This document shows positions 21,407-31,806 of a stretch of DNA of 64,000 nt, one piece after another. The stretch comes from an uncultured cyanobacterium (lineage in GTDB: Bacteria > Cyanobacteriota > Cyanobacteriia > CAKZMO01). Within the stretch, counting starts at the first letter, position 1. Each line of letters opens with the position of its first letter. The position numbers were made by a program, and so were the translations under genes. The notes beneath the pieces were generated by a model. The model made no database searches, had not been told where the DNA came from, and worked only from the letters and a program-made list of their open reading frames with translations. The stretch is taken from NCBI GenBank assembly GCA_963719515.1, contig CAVRCJ010000004.1:95555-159554 (forward strand), read 5' to 3'.

Positions 21407-22510
21407 CTAACAGCTCACGGGCATGGTGCGGCTTTCGACAAACTTCAAAAACCGCTGCACCTGATACTGAGGCTCAAACTCAGCCCGCTGGCTGTTGGCG
21501 TAGGCCTGCCGGGACAGCCGCTCGTAGACCCCCTCGCTGTGGCGCAGCTGCTGCAGCGCCTCAACGTAGCCCTCGGCCTGGTCGGCGGGCTGAACCAGCA
21601 GGCCGCCCTCGCCCAGGGTGTAGGGAATGCCGCCGATATGGGCTGCCACCACGGGAATACTGTTGGCCTGGGCCTCGACGATGACGCGGCCAAAGGTCTC
21701 GGTAAACTGCGACGGCACGAGCAGGATGTCCGTCATCTGGTAGACCTTGCGCATGTCGCTCTGGTAGTCAATGATGTCGACGTTGGGCAGCTCGCGGGCG
21801 ATTTCCAAAAACGCGTCGGGTCGGTTCTGGTAGCGGGTCCACTTACCTTTGACGAACAGAAACTTTTCCTCAGGGAGTCGCCGGGCCACTTCAATCGCTT
21901 GGTCCACTCCTTTTTCAGGAACGGGATTCACGAAGGTGATGTAGCGGCGATCGCGCTGGGGCACCCGGTAGCGCTCGACATCGATGAAGGGCAGCACCAC
22001 CCCAACGGGGTTGTGGGTAACCCGTTTGGCCTGGGAGGCGGTGAAGGGAGAATTGGCAATGGCGTGAATCTTGGCGGGAATGGTCTCGCCCGCCTCAATG
22101 CTGCTCAACTCTCGTACAAAGTAAAAGCTGGGGTATCCCCGGCTGGCGGCGTAGTTGAGCAGCGGGCAGTTGGGGCTGCTGTAGCCCACCACCACGTCGG
22201 GCTGGTACTTACTCAAGCGGCGCTCAAGCCACTCTTGCCAGTCATGCAGCTGGGTAAATTTTGACAGCCGTCGCCAGCAGGGATATCCCAAGTCCTTGTC
22301 TTGAAGCACCAAGCCGGGACGCTGCAGCCGCAGCAGCGACCGCAGCCAGCCTCGCCGGGTGAAGGGCGATCGCAGGGATAGCCCGCACATGACTTCTATC
22401 TCCCAGCCCAGACGCTGAAGACTTTCAAACAGGTAGAGCGAAGATTGCTGAGCACCTCCTGAGGTGTCTGGATAAAAGGGATGTTCTGTGACGAATAGCA
22501 GTTTTGGCAT
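21407..22510 (-). CDS. Glycosyltransferase family 4
   Basis: GGAQ.S, KG, ETFGRVIVEAQANSIPVV, GGIP. Confidence 0.9.
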   Translation of the reverse strand: MPKLLFVTEHPFYPDTSGGAQQSSLYLFESLQRLGWEIEVMCGLSLRSPFTRRGWLRSLLRLQRPGLVLQDKDLGYPCWRRLSKFTQLHDWQEWLERRLSKYQPDVVVGYSSPNCPLLNYAASRGYPSFYFVRELSSIEAGETIPAKIHAIANSPFTASQAKRVTHNPVGVVLPFIDVERYRVPQRDRRYITFVNPVPEKGVDQAIEVARRLPEEKFLFVKGKWTRYQNRPDAFLEIARELPNVDIIDYQSDMRKVYQMTDILLVPSQFTETFGRVIVEAQANSIPVVAAHIGGIPYTLGEGGLLVQPADQAEGYVEALQQLRHSEGVYERLSRQAYANSQRAEFEPQYQVQRFLKFVESRTMPVSC

Positions 22511-22699
22511 GGTGTCCTCGACTGATGGGGATCGGGGGTCGCTGATCTGCGTAAGTCTGCGGATGTTAGAGTTACTGACTAGACCCCGTTCGAATTGTTT
22601 CGCGCTTTTCTGTATCGAACTGTTAGGAATCTTTCACGCAAAGAGACTGAAATCAGCTGCATAAACCATCAAATTCGTTGGTAGAAAAGCGCTACGGGA

Positions 22700-24169
22700 T
22701 TATTTCTTGGTAGCTGGTTTCGCGAGAAACCCCTGGGTAAAACTGAGTACTTGCCTGTAAAGATCGGGAGCCAGCAGAAATACGCTGCCGCCATAGACCA
22801 AACCGCCAGCAGTAATACTGGTGACTAGAACCTGACGAGGATCGCTCTGCTCCGGCCAAACCGATTTGACCGCAAAGATAGTCGCCACCATGATTCCGGC
22901 ACTGAGCAAAGGCACGCCAAACTCTTTCAGGTAGTCCACAATTTTGACCCGGATGAGCTTTTGAATTAACCAGAAGCCCAACGGTGCTGAGAGGTAGCTG
23001 CGTGCAACCAGGGCGATCGCCACCGCCAAAATGCCCCAGCGCACGGCAATAAAGAAGCAGAGGACGTTCATCACCGTATTAAATACGTTGATTTTGAGCT
23101 GCCAGTCAGGCTGTCCCATGGCCAGCATGATGGGACCGTTGAACTGAAATACCGTCCGCAGGATGCCTAAAAAGGCCAGCACCTGCATCACCGGAATGCT
23201 CGGGGCCCACTGCTCGCCAAACACGACGGGAACGAGCTCAGAGGCGACGGCGGAGATCCCCAAAAATACGGGAAACGCGATCAGACTGGTGAGCCGGGTG
23301 GCCTGGCAAAAAGCCCGTCGCAGCCGCTCTGGGTCGTGCTGCAGCCGCGAGAAGGTGGGAAAGGCCACCTGGTTTGTCGTTTTAGCGAGCAGCGTCGTCA
23401 GCACGGTCAGCACGCGGTAGGCAATGGTGTAGTAGCCCAGCGCCGTCGGCCCGAGATAATAGCCCACCAGTAAATTGTCGGAATAGTTAGAAAGAAAGAT
23501 GAGCCCATTCATGCCGACGACGTGAATGCCAAAGTTAAACAATTCCCGAAAGTGGGGCTTAGAGAGCCGCAGTCCCGGTCGCCAGTCGCTGACCATCCAA
23601 AGGACGGGAACTTCGACGATGCCGTTGGCGAGCTGATAGCCCACCAAACTCCAAACGCCAAAGCCCATCAGCGCCATTGCCACACCCACCGCCCCTCCTG
23701 CGGTAATCCCAATCAGGGCTCGCACGGCCAGGGGGCGAAAGGCCATCTGCCGGGTAAGAATCGCGTTTTGAACGCTGTTGAGCGCCTTGAAGACAAAGTT
23801 GATGGACAGCAGGCGAATCACCCAAGTCAACTCTGGCTCATGGTAAAGGTGGGCAACGAGGCCTGCCGTGGCCCAGGTGAGCGCCATCAGCACCAGGCTG
23901 ATGCCGATGCTAATCCAAAAGGCCGTGTCGAGGTGCTCTGGCTCTAGGTCTTGCCGCTGCACAATGGCGGAGGCGAAGCCTTGGTCAAGGAACACTCGCA
24001 TAAAGGCGATAAAAACCCCCGACATGGCAATCAGGCCGAAGTCTTCGGGACCCAACAGTCGGGCCAGCAGAAGGAAGACGCTAAAGGAGATGACCTGGCT
24101 TCCCCAGCGCTGAACAAAGGACCAGGCGATACCTTTGGCGGCTTTCTGTTTTAGAGACATGGCTGTCAA
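22700..24169 (-). CDS. wzx: Polysaccharide flippase, Wzx/WzxC (MOP) family
   Basis: LARLLGPEDFG, AIVQR, GVWSLV, FP.FSR.Q; multi-TM. Confidence 0.88.
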   Translation of the reverse strand: MTAMSLKQKAAKGIAWSFVQRWGSQVISFSVFLLLARLLGPEDFGLIAMSGVFIAFMRVFLDQGFASAIVQRQDLEPEHLDTAFWISIGISLVLMALTWATAGLVAHLYHEPELTWVIRLLSINFVFKALNSVQNAILTRQMAFRPLAVRALIGITAGGAVGVAMALMGFGVWSLVGYQLANGIVEVPVLWMVSDWRPGLRLSKPHFRELFNFGIHVVGMNGLIFLSNYSDNLLVGYYLGPTALGYYTIAYRVLTVLTTLLAKTTNQVAFPTFSRLQHDPERLRRAFCQATRLTSLIAFPVFLGISAVASELVPVVFGEQWAPSIPVMQVLAFLGILRTVFQFNGPIMLAMGQPDWQLKINVFNTVMNVLCFFIAVRWGILAVAIALVARSYLSAPLGFWLIQKLIRVKIVDYLKEFGVPLLSAGIMVATIFAVKSVWPEQSDPRQVLVTSITAGGLVYGGSVFLLAPDLYRQVLSFTQGFLAKPATKK

Positions 24170-24238
24170 ATAGGTGAAATTTTAGTTGCGATAGGGCATT
24201 CAGCCGTTGGAGTTGCCCGCGGGGACAGGGCACTGATG

Positions 24239-24579
24239 TGTGTTTAACGTTCTGGTAGACCCCCTCTAGCTCCCCTACGCCCTGCGGGCAGGCTAACGCC
24301 AAAGCTCAAGGGGGAGAACTGCACTTCCCCCCTTACCAAGCTACGGTGTACACACGAGTCGGTCTGACCCCCTCTAGCTTCCCTACGCCCTGCGGGCAGG
24401 CTAACGCCAAAGCTCAAGGGGGAGAATTGCCCTTTCCCCCCTTAGTAAGGGGGGATTAAGGGGGGTAATGCAGCATTTAGGCTTCTCAACAAAGATGTGT
24501 GTACACGGTAGCCTTATCAAGGGGGGAATTAAGGGGGGTAAAACCAAAGCGTGTCGCCTTTTCCAGAGTCGCTAAACAC
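24239..24579. mobile_element. Nested MITE-like composite
   Basis: Inner element 24341-24511 has 15-bp TIRs CTAC(G/C)GTGTACACAC and is flanked by CCTTACCAAG/CCTTATCAAG. There is a ~63-bp direct repeat at 24258 and 24366, and outer GTGTTTA..TAAACAC ends. Confidence 0.78.
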
Positions 24580-24597
24580 GTGCCTGCCATGTCCCTA

Positions 24598-25710
24598 CTA
24601 CACCGCCACGTCTTGATATAGCCGCGAATAATTCTTGGCCACCGACTGGGGATGGAAATGGGTCTCGGCAAACAGCTGTCCCTGCTGAGACCAGTGCTGC
24701 AGCTGCTCGGAGTCATTGAGCAGCGACGTCAGCCGGGCGGCGGCAGCATCGGCGTCGGGCGGCAGCACCAGCCCCAAATCGTGCTGCTCAAACAGCTCGG
24801 CAAAGTTAATTGTCTCCGCCACCGCGCAGGGCGTCCCCAGATACATGGCCTCCGCAATAGAAATGCCAAACACCTCCCAGCGGGCGGGCTGAATGTAGAG
24901 GCTGGCCTCTGCCAGCACCCGAAACTTGTCGGGGCCGTACACCGGGCGATGGAACTGTACGTTGGCGGGTAAGTCTTGCTTAAGTTCGTCCAGCCAGGCC
25001 TTAGTCTTGGCGTCTTCGGTGCCGTAGAGATGAAACTCGACCTCGGGGGCAAAGCGAGCGATCGCCACCAGCAGGTCGATGCCTTTATGCAGCACGTCGA
25101 ATCGCCCCAGGTATACCACCCGCTTTGCCTCTGGGCCCTGCCAGCGCTGGCCCTGAAGGCTTTCGATATCAACCGGGTTAGGCATCCAGCGGACGATGCC
25201 GCCGTAGCTGGGGACAAACGCCCGCACGGGCCGCTCTTCTCCAGGGGTAACCACAGCGATCGCCGCAGCGTTGTGAAAGCGCGGCCTTTCCAGCACCCAG
25301 CTGTAGAACAGCTTTTGCCAGTAGCCCCGCTTTAGCACCTCGGGCAGCAGCCCCCCGGCGGGCTTAATCACGTAGGGAACGTTGTGCTGGCGGAACTGCC
25401 GCGCCAGCATGGCCTGCCGCATCTGAAAGACAGAGTGCATATGGGCCACGTCGGGCGGGTTCTGCCGCAGCCGCTGGGCGACTGCCTGGGGATCATACCG
25501 CCAGGTGTTGGGCAAGTGCAGCAGCTCAAAGCCGCCAGCTTTCGCGGCCTGCTCCCCCGCTTGGTCCGGGGGAGAATGGACCACAAAGGTGACCTGATGG
25601 CCCAGCTTAGCCTGCTCGCGGGCCATCACCCAGGCCGACATATTGAGGCCACTGACCCGCTTGGGGGAGGCCGATGCGCCGACGTGCCAAATCTTCATGG
25701 CGATCTCCAA
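24598..25710 (-). CDS. Glycosyltransferase family 4
   Basis: HMHS, PNPVD, YLGR....KG.DLL, RWEVFG.SIAEAM..G.P. Confidence 0.9.
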   Translation of the reverse strand: MEIAMKIWHVGASASPKRVSGLNMSAWVMAREQAKLGHQVTFVVHSPPDQAGEQAAKAGGFELLHLPNTWRYDPQAVAQRLRQNPPDVAHMHSVFQMRQAMLARQFRQHNVPYVIKPAGGLLPEVLKRGYWQKLFYSWVLERPRFHNAAAIAVVTPGEERPVRAFVPSYGGIVRWMPNPVDIESLQGQRWQGPEAKRVVYLGRFDVLHKGIDLLVAIARFAPEVEFHLYGTEDAKTKAWLDELKQDLPANVQFHRPVYGPDKFRVLAEASLYIQPARWEVFGISIAEAMYLGTPCAVAETINFAELFEQHDLGLVLPPDADAAAARLTSLLNDSEQLQHWSQQGQLFAETHFHPQSVAKNYSRLYQDVAV

Positions 25711-25760
25711 TGATTAACGATCTCGGTTGGGGTAAATGGCCGTTTACCCATACGGCGGGG

Positions 25761-26918
25761 TTACGCTACGGCAAGCTGCTGGGCGCGGGTTTGGGCGAAG
25801 GACGTCACGATGATGCGGTTCTGCAGCGCCTGGGCGCGTATGTTGTGCCAAGCCTCGTCCTTGATGTCGGGCGGGCTGCAGGCTGCCTGAACCGCTTGAT
25901 CAGTCTTTTGGGCCGCTAGCTCTGGCGTCAGGTTTTCCAGCAGCGTGCACTGCTGCGATCGCTCGATTTGCTCGTAGAAGCGGGCGACCTTGGCGTGGAC
26001 CGCGTAGGACTCGGCGTAGACCCCCATGGCGTAGGCCACGATCGCCACGTGCAGCTTGGTGGTCATCACGGCGGAGAGCCGAGAAATGAGGGCGACGGTT
26101 TGCCAAGTGCCCTGAAACGGCACCGTCAGGCAGGGGCCTTTGGTGCGCGATTGAATCAGTCCGGCCAAGCGATCGCAGGGCTCAGACGATTTGCTGCCCC
26201 CATCGTCGGCCAGCACCACCGGCACCACCTGGGGGTTGGCCGCCAGGGTCTCTAAAAGACTGTTGCGCAGGGCCTCCGCTTGGGGCGTGTCGGCCAAGAT
26301 ATAGCGGGGGTGGTGGATGCCCAGCAGGGGGCGATCGCCGTAGGGAGACAGGCGCTGCTCCACAGATGCGATCGCCTTTTCCGGGATGTCCTCCCGCGTC
26401 AGGGTGAGGGCGGCATCGGGGACCATGGCAACGGTGTCGATGCCGAGCTGCTCGCGCACAAAGGTTTCAGAGGCCTGGTCTCGCACTGAAACCGCGGTGG
26501 CGTTGGCAAAGATGCGCTGCACCTCTTTCCGCACCAAAAGGTTAGACAGGGGACCGACGCCGACCCCGGCAATTAGGTAGGGCACCTGGTGACGCATACA
26601 CAGCTCGGCGGGCCACACGTGCCGCAGGAAAAAGCGCAGGCTCCAGCTGCGGTAGCCTTGGTAGCCCTTACGGGAGCTGATGTTGGGCTCGCCAAAATGA
26701 CCGCCGCCAGCGTAAATCAGGCCTTGCCACTGCTGAGGGTTCTGGGTCCCAAACTGAGCCTCCGGAAAAAATCGCCCAAACCGGGACTGCTCCCCCTCTG
26801 GCACTAGGGGATAGACTACAGGCGACGGCGCGGAAGCGCGCAGCCAGGTCTCGAAAATTTTCATCAGCAGCAGGTCGCCGAAGTTGTTGTCGTAGTAAGC
26901 GCCGTGAATTGCAAACAT
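25761..26918 (-). CDS. Polysaccharide pyruvyl transferase family protein
   Basis: From MFAIHGAYYDNNFGD: GGG, GVGVGP, SVRD..S, PD, LH..I.A; the track's longer N-terminus looks spurious. Confidence 0.85.
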   Translation of the reverse strand: MFAIHGAYYDNNFGDLLLMKIFETWLRASAPSPVVYPLVPEGEQSRFGRFFPEAQFGTQNPQQWQGLIYAGGGHFGEPNISSRKGYQGYRSWSLRFFLRHVWPAELCMRHQVPYLIAGVGVGPLSNLLVRKEVQRIFANATAVSVRDQASETFVREQLGIDTVAMVPDAALTLTREDIPEKAIASVEQRLSPYGDRPLLGIHHPRYILADTPQAEALRNSLLETLAANPQVVPVVLADDGGSKSSEPCDRLAGLIQSRTKGPCLTVPFQGTWQTVALISRLSAVMTTKLHVAIVAYAMGVYAESYAVHAKVARFYEQIERSQQCTLLENLTPELAAQKTDQAVQAACSPPDIKDEAWHNIRAQALQNRIIVTSFAQTRAQQLAVA

Positions 26919-27033
26919 AGTAAAAATAGGTCGATATTGGACTAGCGGATTAATTGGGGGAAGGGCCAGGGATGGGGGCCTCCGGGACGCTAAACCATGG
27001 CACTGCCATGTCCCTACAACCGGGTTGACATCC

Positions 27034-28321
27034 CTACCCGGCGGTTTCAGGGTTGGCGATCGCCATAGACTTTGAGGCGATATCCCCGACGACGACCGGC
27101 TTCGAGGCCACCAGCGTCTGGTAAAACTGCGACATCCGCCGCACCTTCTTGGGCCAGGTCTGCGTTTTAGCGTAGGCAAACCCCGCCCTCCCCATGGCCG
27201 CACGAGCTTCTGGGTCGCGGTGGAGACGCTCAATGGCCTGGGTCAGCCCTTGTCGAGTCTCAGCGGGCTCGGTGACCGCCACCTTTACTCCCGCCGCTGC
27301 CGGAACGTGGTCTCCCGCGCCCTGATGGTCGAGGATCACTACGGGCAGCGCCTGGGCCATGGCCTCCAGCAGCTGCGCCCCGCCGGTATCCCGCAGGCTG
27401 GTGAACAGCATGGCGTCGTGCTCCAGGTATTGGGCCTTCACCGCATCCCAAGTCAGAAAGCCAACGCAGGTTACCTTGTCCGTCAGGCCCAGCTCTTCTA
27501 GCCACTGGGGCAGCAGCGTCTCCTGGGCTGCCGCCCCCGGCAATGGTCAGCCGCACCGGCACCGCTGGGTCCACGTCGGCGATCGCCTCTAGAGCCAGCC
27601 GCAGGGCCTTGCGGGGAAACATGCGGGCCACCCAAAGCAGCCGCAGCTCATCGGCAGGCTCTCTTACTGGAGGCTCCGCCGGGAAGTAGTCCTCGGGCAG
27701 TCCGGCGTCGAAAAACAGCTCGGCTCGCTTAGCCCCTAGCCGCTGCACCAGGCCAACGCTGTCGCGATTGGCCGCCAGCACTAGGTCGGCGTGGCCAAAG
27801 GTGTTGCGCAGCCAGGGGTGTAGCGGAATCAGACGGTTGACGATGAAATTGCGGCAGGCCTCGGTCCACCAGGCGTCGTAGAAGTACTGCTTGAAGGCCG
27901 CTGGCGCGGTCTGGCCGCCGCCCGCCGGACCGAAGACGAAGGGCTTTTTGAGCTGCCACAGCCACGAGCCTCCGGTGAGGCTGCCCATGGTCACATGGTG
28001 CACCACGTCAAAGTTATGGGCGTCATCTAGGGCTTGGGCCACGCTCCGGGCTTTCCACTGCCACAGGAAGTAGCGCAAAATGGTGCCTTTCTTGTCTGTG
28101 AGGTGCTTGCGAATTAGCTCAGAGTCGGCGATGTAGACAAAGGTGAGGGCGGGCAGCGATAGGGTGGCCAGCACAGGCTCAATCAACGCCTTGTTTTTGG
28201 TGGGGGTGAGCACCCAAACGTGATGGCCCAGCTTGGCAAGCTCTAGGGCGCAGTTCCAGCCGCGCCCCTGTTCGCGCCCTCGGTTGGGTTCGCACTCGTA
28301 GGCAGAGAGCAAAATGTTCAT
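27034..28321 (-). pseudogene. Glycosyltransferase family 4 with +1 frameshift near 27524-27530 (pseudogene or sequencing error)
   Basis: The N-part (MNILLSAYECEPNRG.E.G.GW..RKAL.L) and C-part (SLRDTGG..LLEAMA..LPV) lie in different frames; deleting one C of AGCCCAG gives TIAGGGSQETLL. Confidence 0.8.
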
Positions 28322-28348
28322 AGTTGTCTTAATATCTGGAATCTAAAT

Positions 28349-29434
28349 CTAAAACTGGTTGATCAGGTCAATGACCGCCCCTAAAGGCCGCAGCACCCGG
28401 CCCGCAAAGTCGAGAATGGAGAAGGTGTTGCCCTTCGGCACAAACACCACGTCGCCCTCCTGCACCTGGTACTCGTCAATTAAGTTGCGCAGGTCAATTT
28501 GCTCTCGCTGGATGGTGCCGCTCTCCGACAGACGCACCAGCTCGACGCGGCGCAGGTTAGCGTCTTCTGTGGGCCCGCCCGCCGTAGCCACCGCACTCGA
28601 AATTGAGCTGTCGGGGGTTACCGCTATCTCTCCCGGTAGGGTGACCTCCCCGACGACGCGCACCTGCACCGTGTCGGGGGAGAGCCGAGAGCGGGCTAGC
28701 ACCCGCCGGTCAAGGCGATCGCCGCTGGTGTTGCGGGGCACAAACACCGCGTCCCCGTCCTGCAAAATTGGGTCTTGGGGCGTCGCCTCTGACCAGATGG
28801 CGTCCCACAGGTTAACGCTGATGGTCTGCGCCTCCCCGCTGCTGCCGGTGCGCTGCACCTGAATCTCGCGGATATCGGCCAGACTTGTCACTCCTCCAGC
28901 CTCCATCAGGGCGGAGCTAAGGGTGGGCATCGCCTCTAGGGCCGCGCCTGGGGTGCCGCGATTGGCGGATGTGGCCGTGGTCAGTCCCCGCAGCTCCACC
29001 GGACCCGGGCGCTGCACCTCTCCGGCAACCGTAACCACCACAGGGCGCAGGGTGGCCAAGCTAACGGTCACGGCGGGCTCCACCACCAGCGCGCTGAGCT
29101 GCGTTGTCAGGCTGCTCGTCAGGCTGCTGAGGGTCTGCCCCTCCACCTGCACCTGCCCCACCAGCGGCAGGGTAATGGTGCCGTCTGGCAGCACTACCTT
29201 GGGGCCGGTGTACTCCTCGTAGCCGTAGACGGTAATTTCGATCTGGTCCCCTGGGCCGAGCTGGTAGTTGGGGTCTAGCGCTGCGGGCGGTAGGGCTGGG
29301 CCTTGGGTGGCTGCGCCCTGGGTCGATATCGCGGGCAGCGGCAGCGATTCAACAGCCTTACTGGACGGAGCTGAGCTAGCCAGCAGGATAAGGGCGATCG
29401 CGGTGGAGTGAGGTAGCCGGAGAAATACTGGCAT
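28349..29434 (-). CDS. wza: Polysaccharide export protein Wza/KpsD with SLBB domains
   Basis: YQLGPGD, VLPDG.I.LPL.G, V.GEV.RPG, AGG repeats. Confidence 0.9.
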   Translation of the reverse strand: MPVFLRLPHSTAIALILLASSAPSSKAVESLPLPAISTQGAATQGPALPPAALDPNYQLGPGDQIEITVYGYEEYTGPKVVLPDGTITLPLVGQVQVEGQTLSSLTSSLTTQLSALVVEPAVTVSLATLRPVVVTVAGEVQRPGPVELRGLTTATSANRGTPGAALEAMPTLSSALMEAGGVTSLADIREIQVQRTGSSGEAQTISVNLWDAIWSEATPQDPILQDGDAVFVPRNTSGDRLDRRVLARSRLSPDTVQVRVVGEVTLPGEIAVTPDSSISSAVATAGGPTEDANLRRVELVRLSESGTIQREQIDLRNLIDEYQVQEGDVVFVPKGNTFSILDFAGRVLRPLGAVIDLINQF

Positions 29435-29583
29435 AGAACTCCTATAGAAATAAGGGTGGGGTGGGGACGGTACTGTCGGAGGTGAATGAGGGACTGTCCG
29501 CGCAGGCGCTAGATCGCGATATAGATTGCGGCGAACCCTGCGCGGCAGACCCTATTTGGTAGAACCCTGCAGTGACGCTGAGC

Positions 29584-31806
29584 TTAAGCGCCAGTAGTCA
29601 CGCCAGTAGTCGCGCCAGTGGTCACGGCTGCAGGCACGACCTCGACAGGAGGCTCAGCAATCCGGTCTCCATCCTGGAAGTAGTAGTAGCTGTCGGGCTC
29701 TTCGGCCACCAGCACGTGGTTGGCGACAAGGCCGAGAACGGTCTGCCTAGAGCGCTCCAGAAAGTCCTTTGCCTGAGTGGCTTGGGCCTGGGTCGCCTCT
29801 CCGGGGCGCACCACCATCAGTAATCCATCCGTCAGCTTGCTCAAGGTGAGGGTGTCAGCGGCGCCCAGCAGCGCTGGGGTATCAAACAAAATCAGGTCGT
29901 AGTCGTAGCGATGCCTACAGCTCTCTACGAGGTGAGCCATCCCCTTAGAGCCTAAGAGCGCTAGCGTATTGGGCGGCGTCACCCCTGCCGTCAGTACATC
30001 GAGATTGGGCACAGTCGTCTGCACAGCCTGATGAAAGCTTGATTGCCGGACAATGACGTTGCTGAGCCCAGTGGTGTTGTTCAACTCCCAAAAATGATGC
30101 TGCATGGGCTGATGGAAGTTGGCATCAACGAGAAGGACTCGCTGTCCCCGCAGGGCCGCCGCCGCCGCAAGGTTGGCTACAACCTCCGACTTTCCTTCCC
30201 CCGCCACGGCGCTGCTGACGGCCACCGCCCGAATCACCCCGTCAGGGTTGGCAAACTCTAGGTTGGCTTGCAGCATCTGGTAGGCGCTGCTCAAAGGAGA
30301 CTGGGGCGCAGCCAGCACCACGATGCGATCGCGGTTGGGCCGGTCGACGACGGGGCTGGGGCTGCGGAAGGCGGGAATTACCCCCAAGACGGGCTGGTCG
30401 TAGAGTACTTGGGCCGCCCTGATGGTCTTCACCGAGCCGTCGGCTAGATCTCGCAGGAAGGCCGCGGCGATCGCCATCAGCAGTCCGGCAATTATGCCCG
30501 CCGCCATATTGATTTTTTTGCTAGGCGCGACGGGGCTGCCGGGCGCGGTCGCCGCTGAAATCACCTGGGCGTTGCCGATGGTCTGATTTTCGGCCACCTG
30601 CACCTCTTGCAGCTGGGCTAAGAGGGTCTCGTAGGTCTGCTGCGCAGCGTTCAACTGCCGCTCTAGCTCCCGCTGGGTTTCCTCCAAACGAGGTAGAGAC
30701 TGCGATCGCGCCTGCGACTCTCGCTGGGCCGCTTGAAGCTGCTCTAAACGCTGGGTCAACCCCAGTCGCTCTACTTCAGTCTGCACGAGGTCAGAAATCA
30801 GGCCTTGCTCAAGCTCTCCGAGCTGCAGGTTGTCTAGAGAGACAGACTGATTGGAGCCCAACATCTCTTGGACTCGCTCCCGCAGCAGCGCGATTAAGGA
30901 GGCTTCTTGGCGCTGGAGTCCCGCGACCTCGGGATGTTCCGCCCGATAGCGCGTTCGCTGAACCGCCAGCTCACCCTGCACCTGCTGCAGCTGCAGCAGG
31001 GCCTCTTGTACGCCCTGGGACTGACTGAGGGCGCTCATGGCCACGGCAACCTCAGAGTCCATCCCGACGCGATCGCGCAGGGTCGACGCTTTTTGGGTGA
31101 TATCGGCGAGCTGCGACTTGACTTGGGTAATCGTCTGCTCCAAGGTCGACAGCCTACTCACTGTGGCCGTAGCTTCTTCCTGCAGCACCACAATGTTGTT
31201 TGCTTCCTTAAACTGCCTTAGCTCTGCCTCAGCTTGGCTTACGGCCTGCTCCGTCCCCGGCAGCTCCGCTAAAATAAACTCTCGCGCCGCAGCCGTCGCC
31301 GCCCGATTCATCAGAACGTTTTTCTCTCGATACACTTCGATGAGGCCGTTGACCACCGCCGCCGCCAGGATTGGATCGGGAGAGCGATAGGATAGCTGCA
31401 GCACGTCTGAGCCGGGAACAGGCCGCACCGAGAGCTCAGATGTAATCTTTCCTGGAGAAATAGGTTCCCCGTCTTCGGTACGGATGTCGAGGGCGTCAAT
31501 GGTTGCTTGGGCAACGGCGGGCGATTTGATAATTTCTGCTTGGGTCGTCAGGGGCTCGCTTTTGGCGCTGACGCTGTCTAGCTCGCCACGCTTGTTTTGA
31601 CTCTCTAGCCCCGTCAGTGATGAGCTTTGGTCACTTTGAAAGAGTAGCTTTGCTTGGGCTTCGTATACAGGTTCCTGCAGCGCTGTTGCGATCGTCGCCG
31701 CAATAACAGAGAGGCCAAATACGCTTGAGGCCACAAACCAGCGGCGCTTCAAGGTTAGCCAATACTTGCTGAGGTCAATATCTTCTGAATAGGTTTTGAG
31801 ATCCAT
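29584..31806 (-). CDS. wzc: Polysaccharide co-polymerase / BY tyrosine kinase (Wzc/GumC)
   Basis: Wzz-like N-terminus, coiled coil, Walker A GEGKS, LLVDAN, ILFDTP, C-terminal SYYYF; alternative GTG start at 31830. Confidence 0.9.
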   Translation of the reverse strand: MDLKTYSEDIDLSKYWLTLKRRWFVASSVFGLSVIAATIATALQEPVYEAQAKLLFQSDQSSSLTGLESQNKRGELDSVSAKSEPLTTQAEIIKSPAVAQATIDALDIRTEDGEPISPGKITSELSVRPVPGSDVLQLSYRSPDPILAAAVVNGLIEVYREKNVLMNRAATAAAREFILAELPGTEQAVSQAEAELRQFKEANNIVVLQEEATATVSRLSTLEQTITQVKSQLADITQKASTLRDRVGMDSEVAVAMSALSQSQGVQEALLQLQQVQGELAVQRTRYRAEHPEVAGLQRQEASLIALLRERVQEMLGSNQSVSLDNLQLGELEQGLISDLVQTEVERLGLTQRLEQLQAAQRESQARSQSLPRLEETQRELERQLNAAQQTYETLLAQLQEVQVAENQTIGNAQVISAATAPGSPVAPSKKINMAAGIIAGLLMAIAAAFLRDLADGSVKTIRAAQVLYDQPVLGVIPAFRSPSPVVDRPNRDRIVVLAAPQSPLSSAYQMLQANLEFANPDGVIRAVAVSSAVAGEGKSEVVANLAAAAALRGQRVLLVDANFHQPMQHHFWELNNTTGLSNVIVRQSSFHQAVQTTVPNLDVLTAGVTPPNTLALLGSKGMAHLVESCRHRYDYDLILFDTPALLGAADTLTLSKLTDGLLMVVRPGEATQAQATQAKDFLERSRQTVLGLVANHVLVAEEPDSYYYFQDGDRIAEPPVEVVPAAVTTGATTGVTTGA

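Noticed and set aside
21359..22264. 301-aa plus-strand ORF
   Set aside because: Antisense shadow of a clear GT4 gene; the same applies to most short overlapping ORFs in the track.
24258..24430. Direct repeats as a CRISPR array
   Set aside because: Only two ~63-bp copies, explained by nested MITEs; no cas genes and no repeat-spacer array seen in the window.
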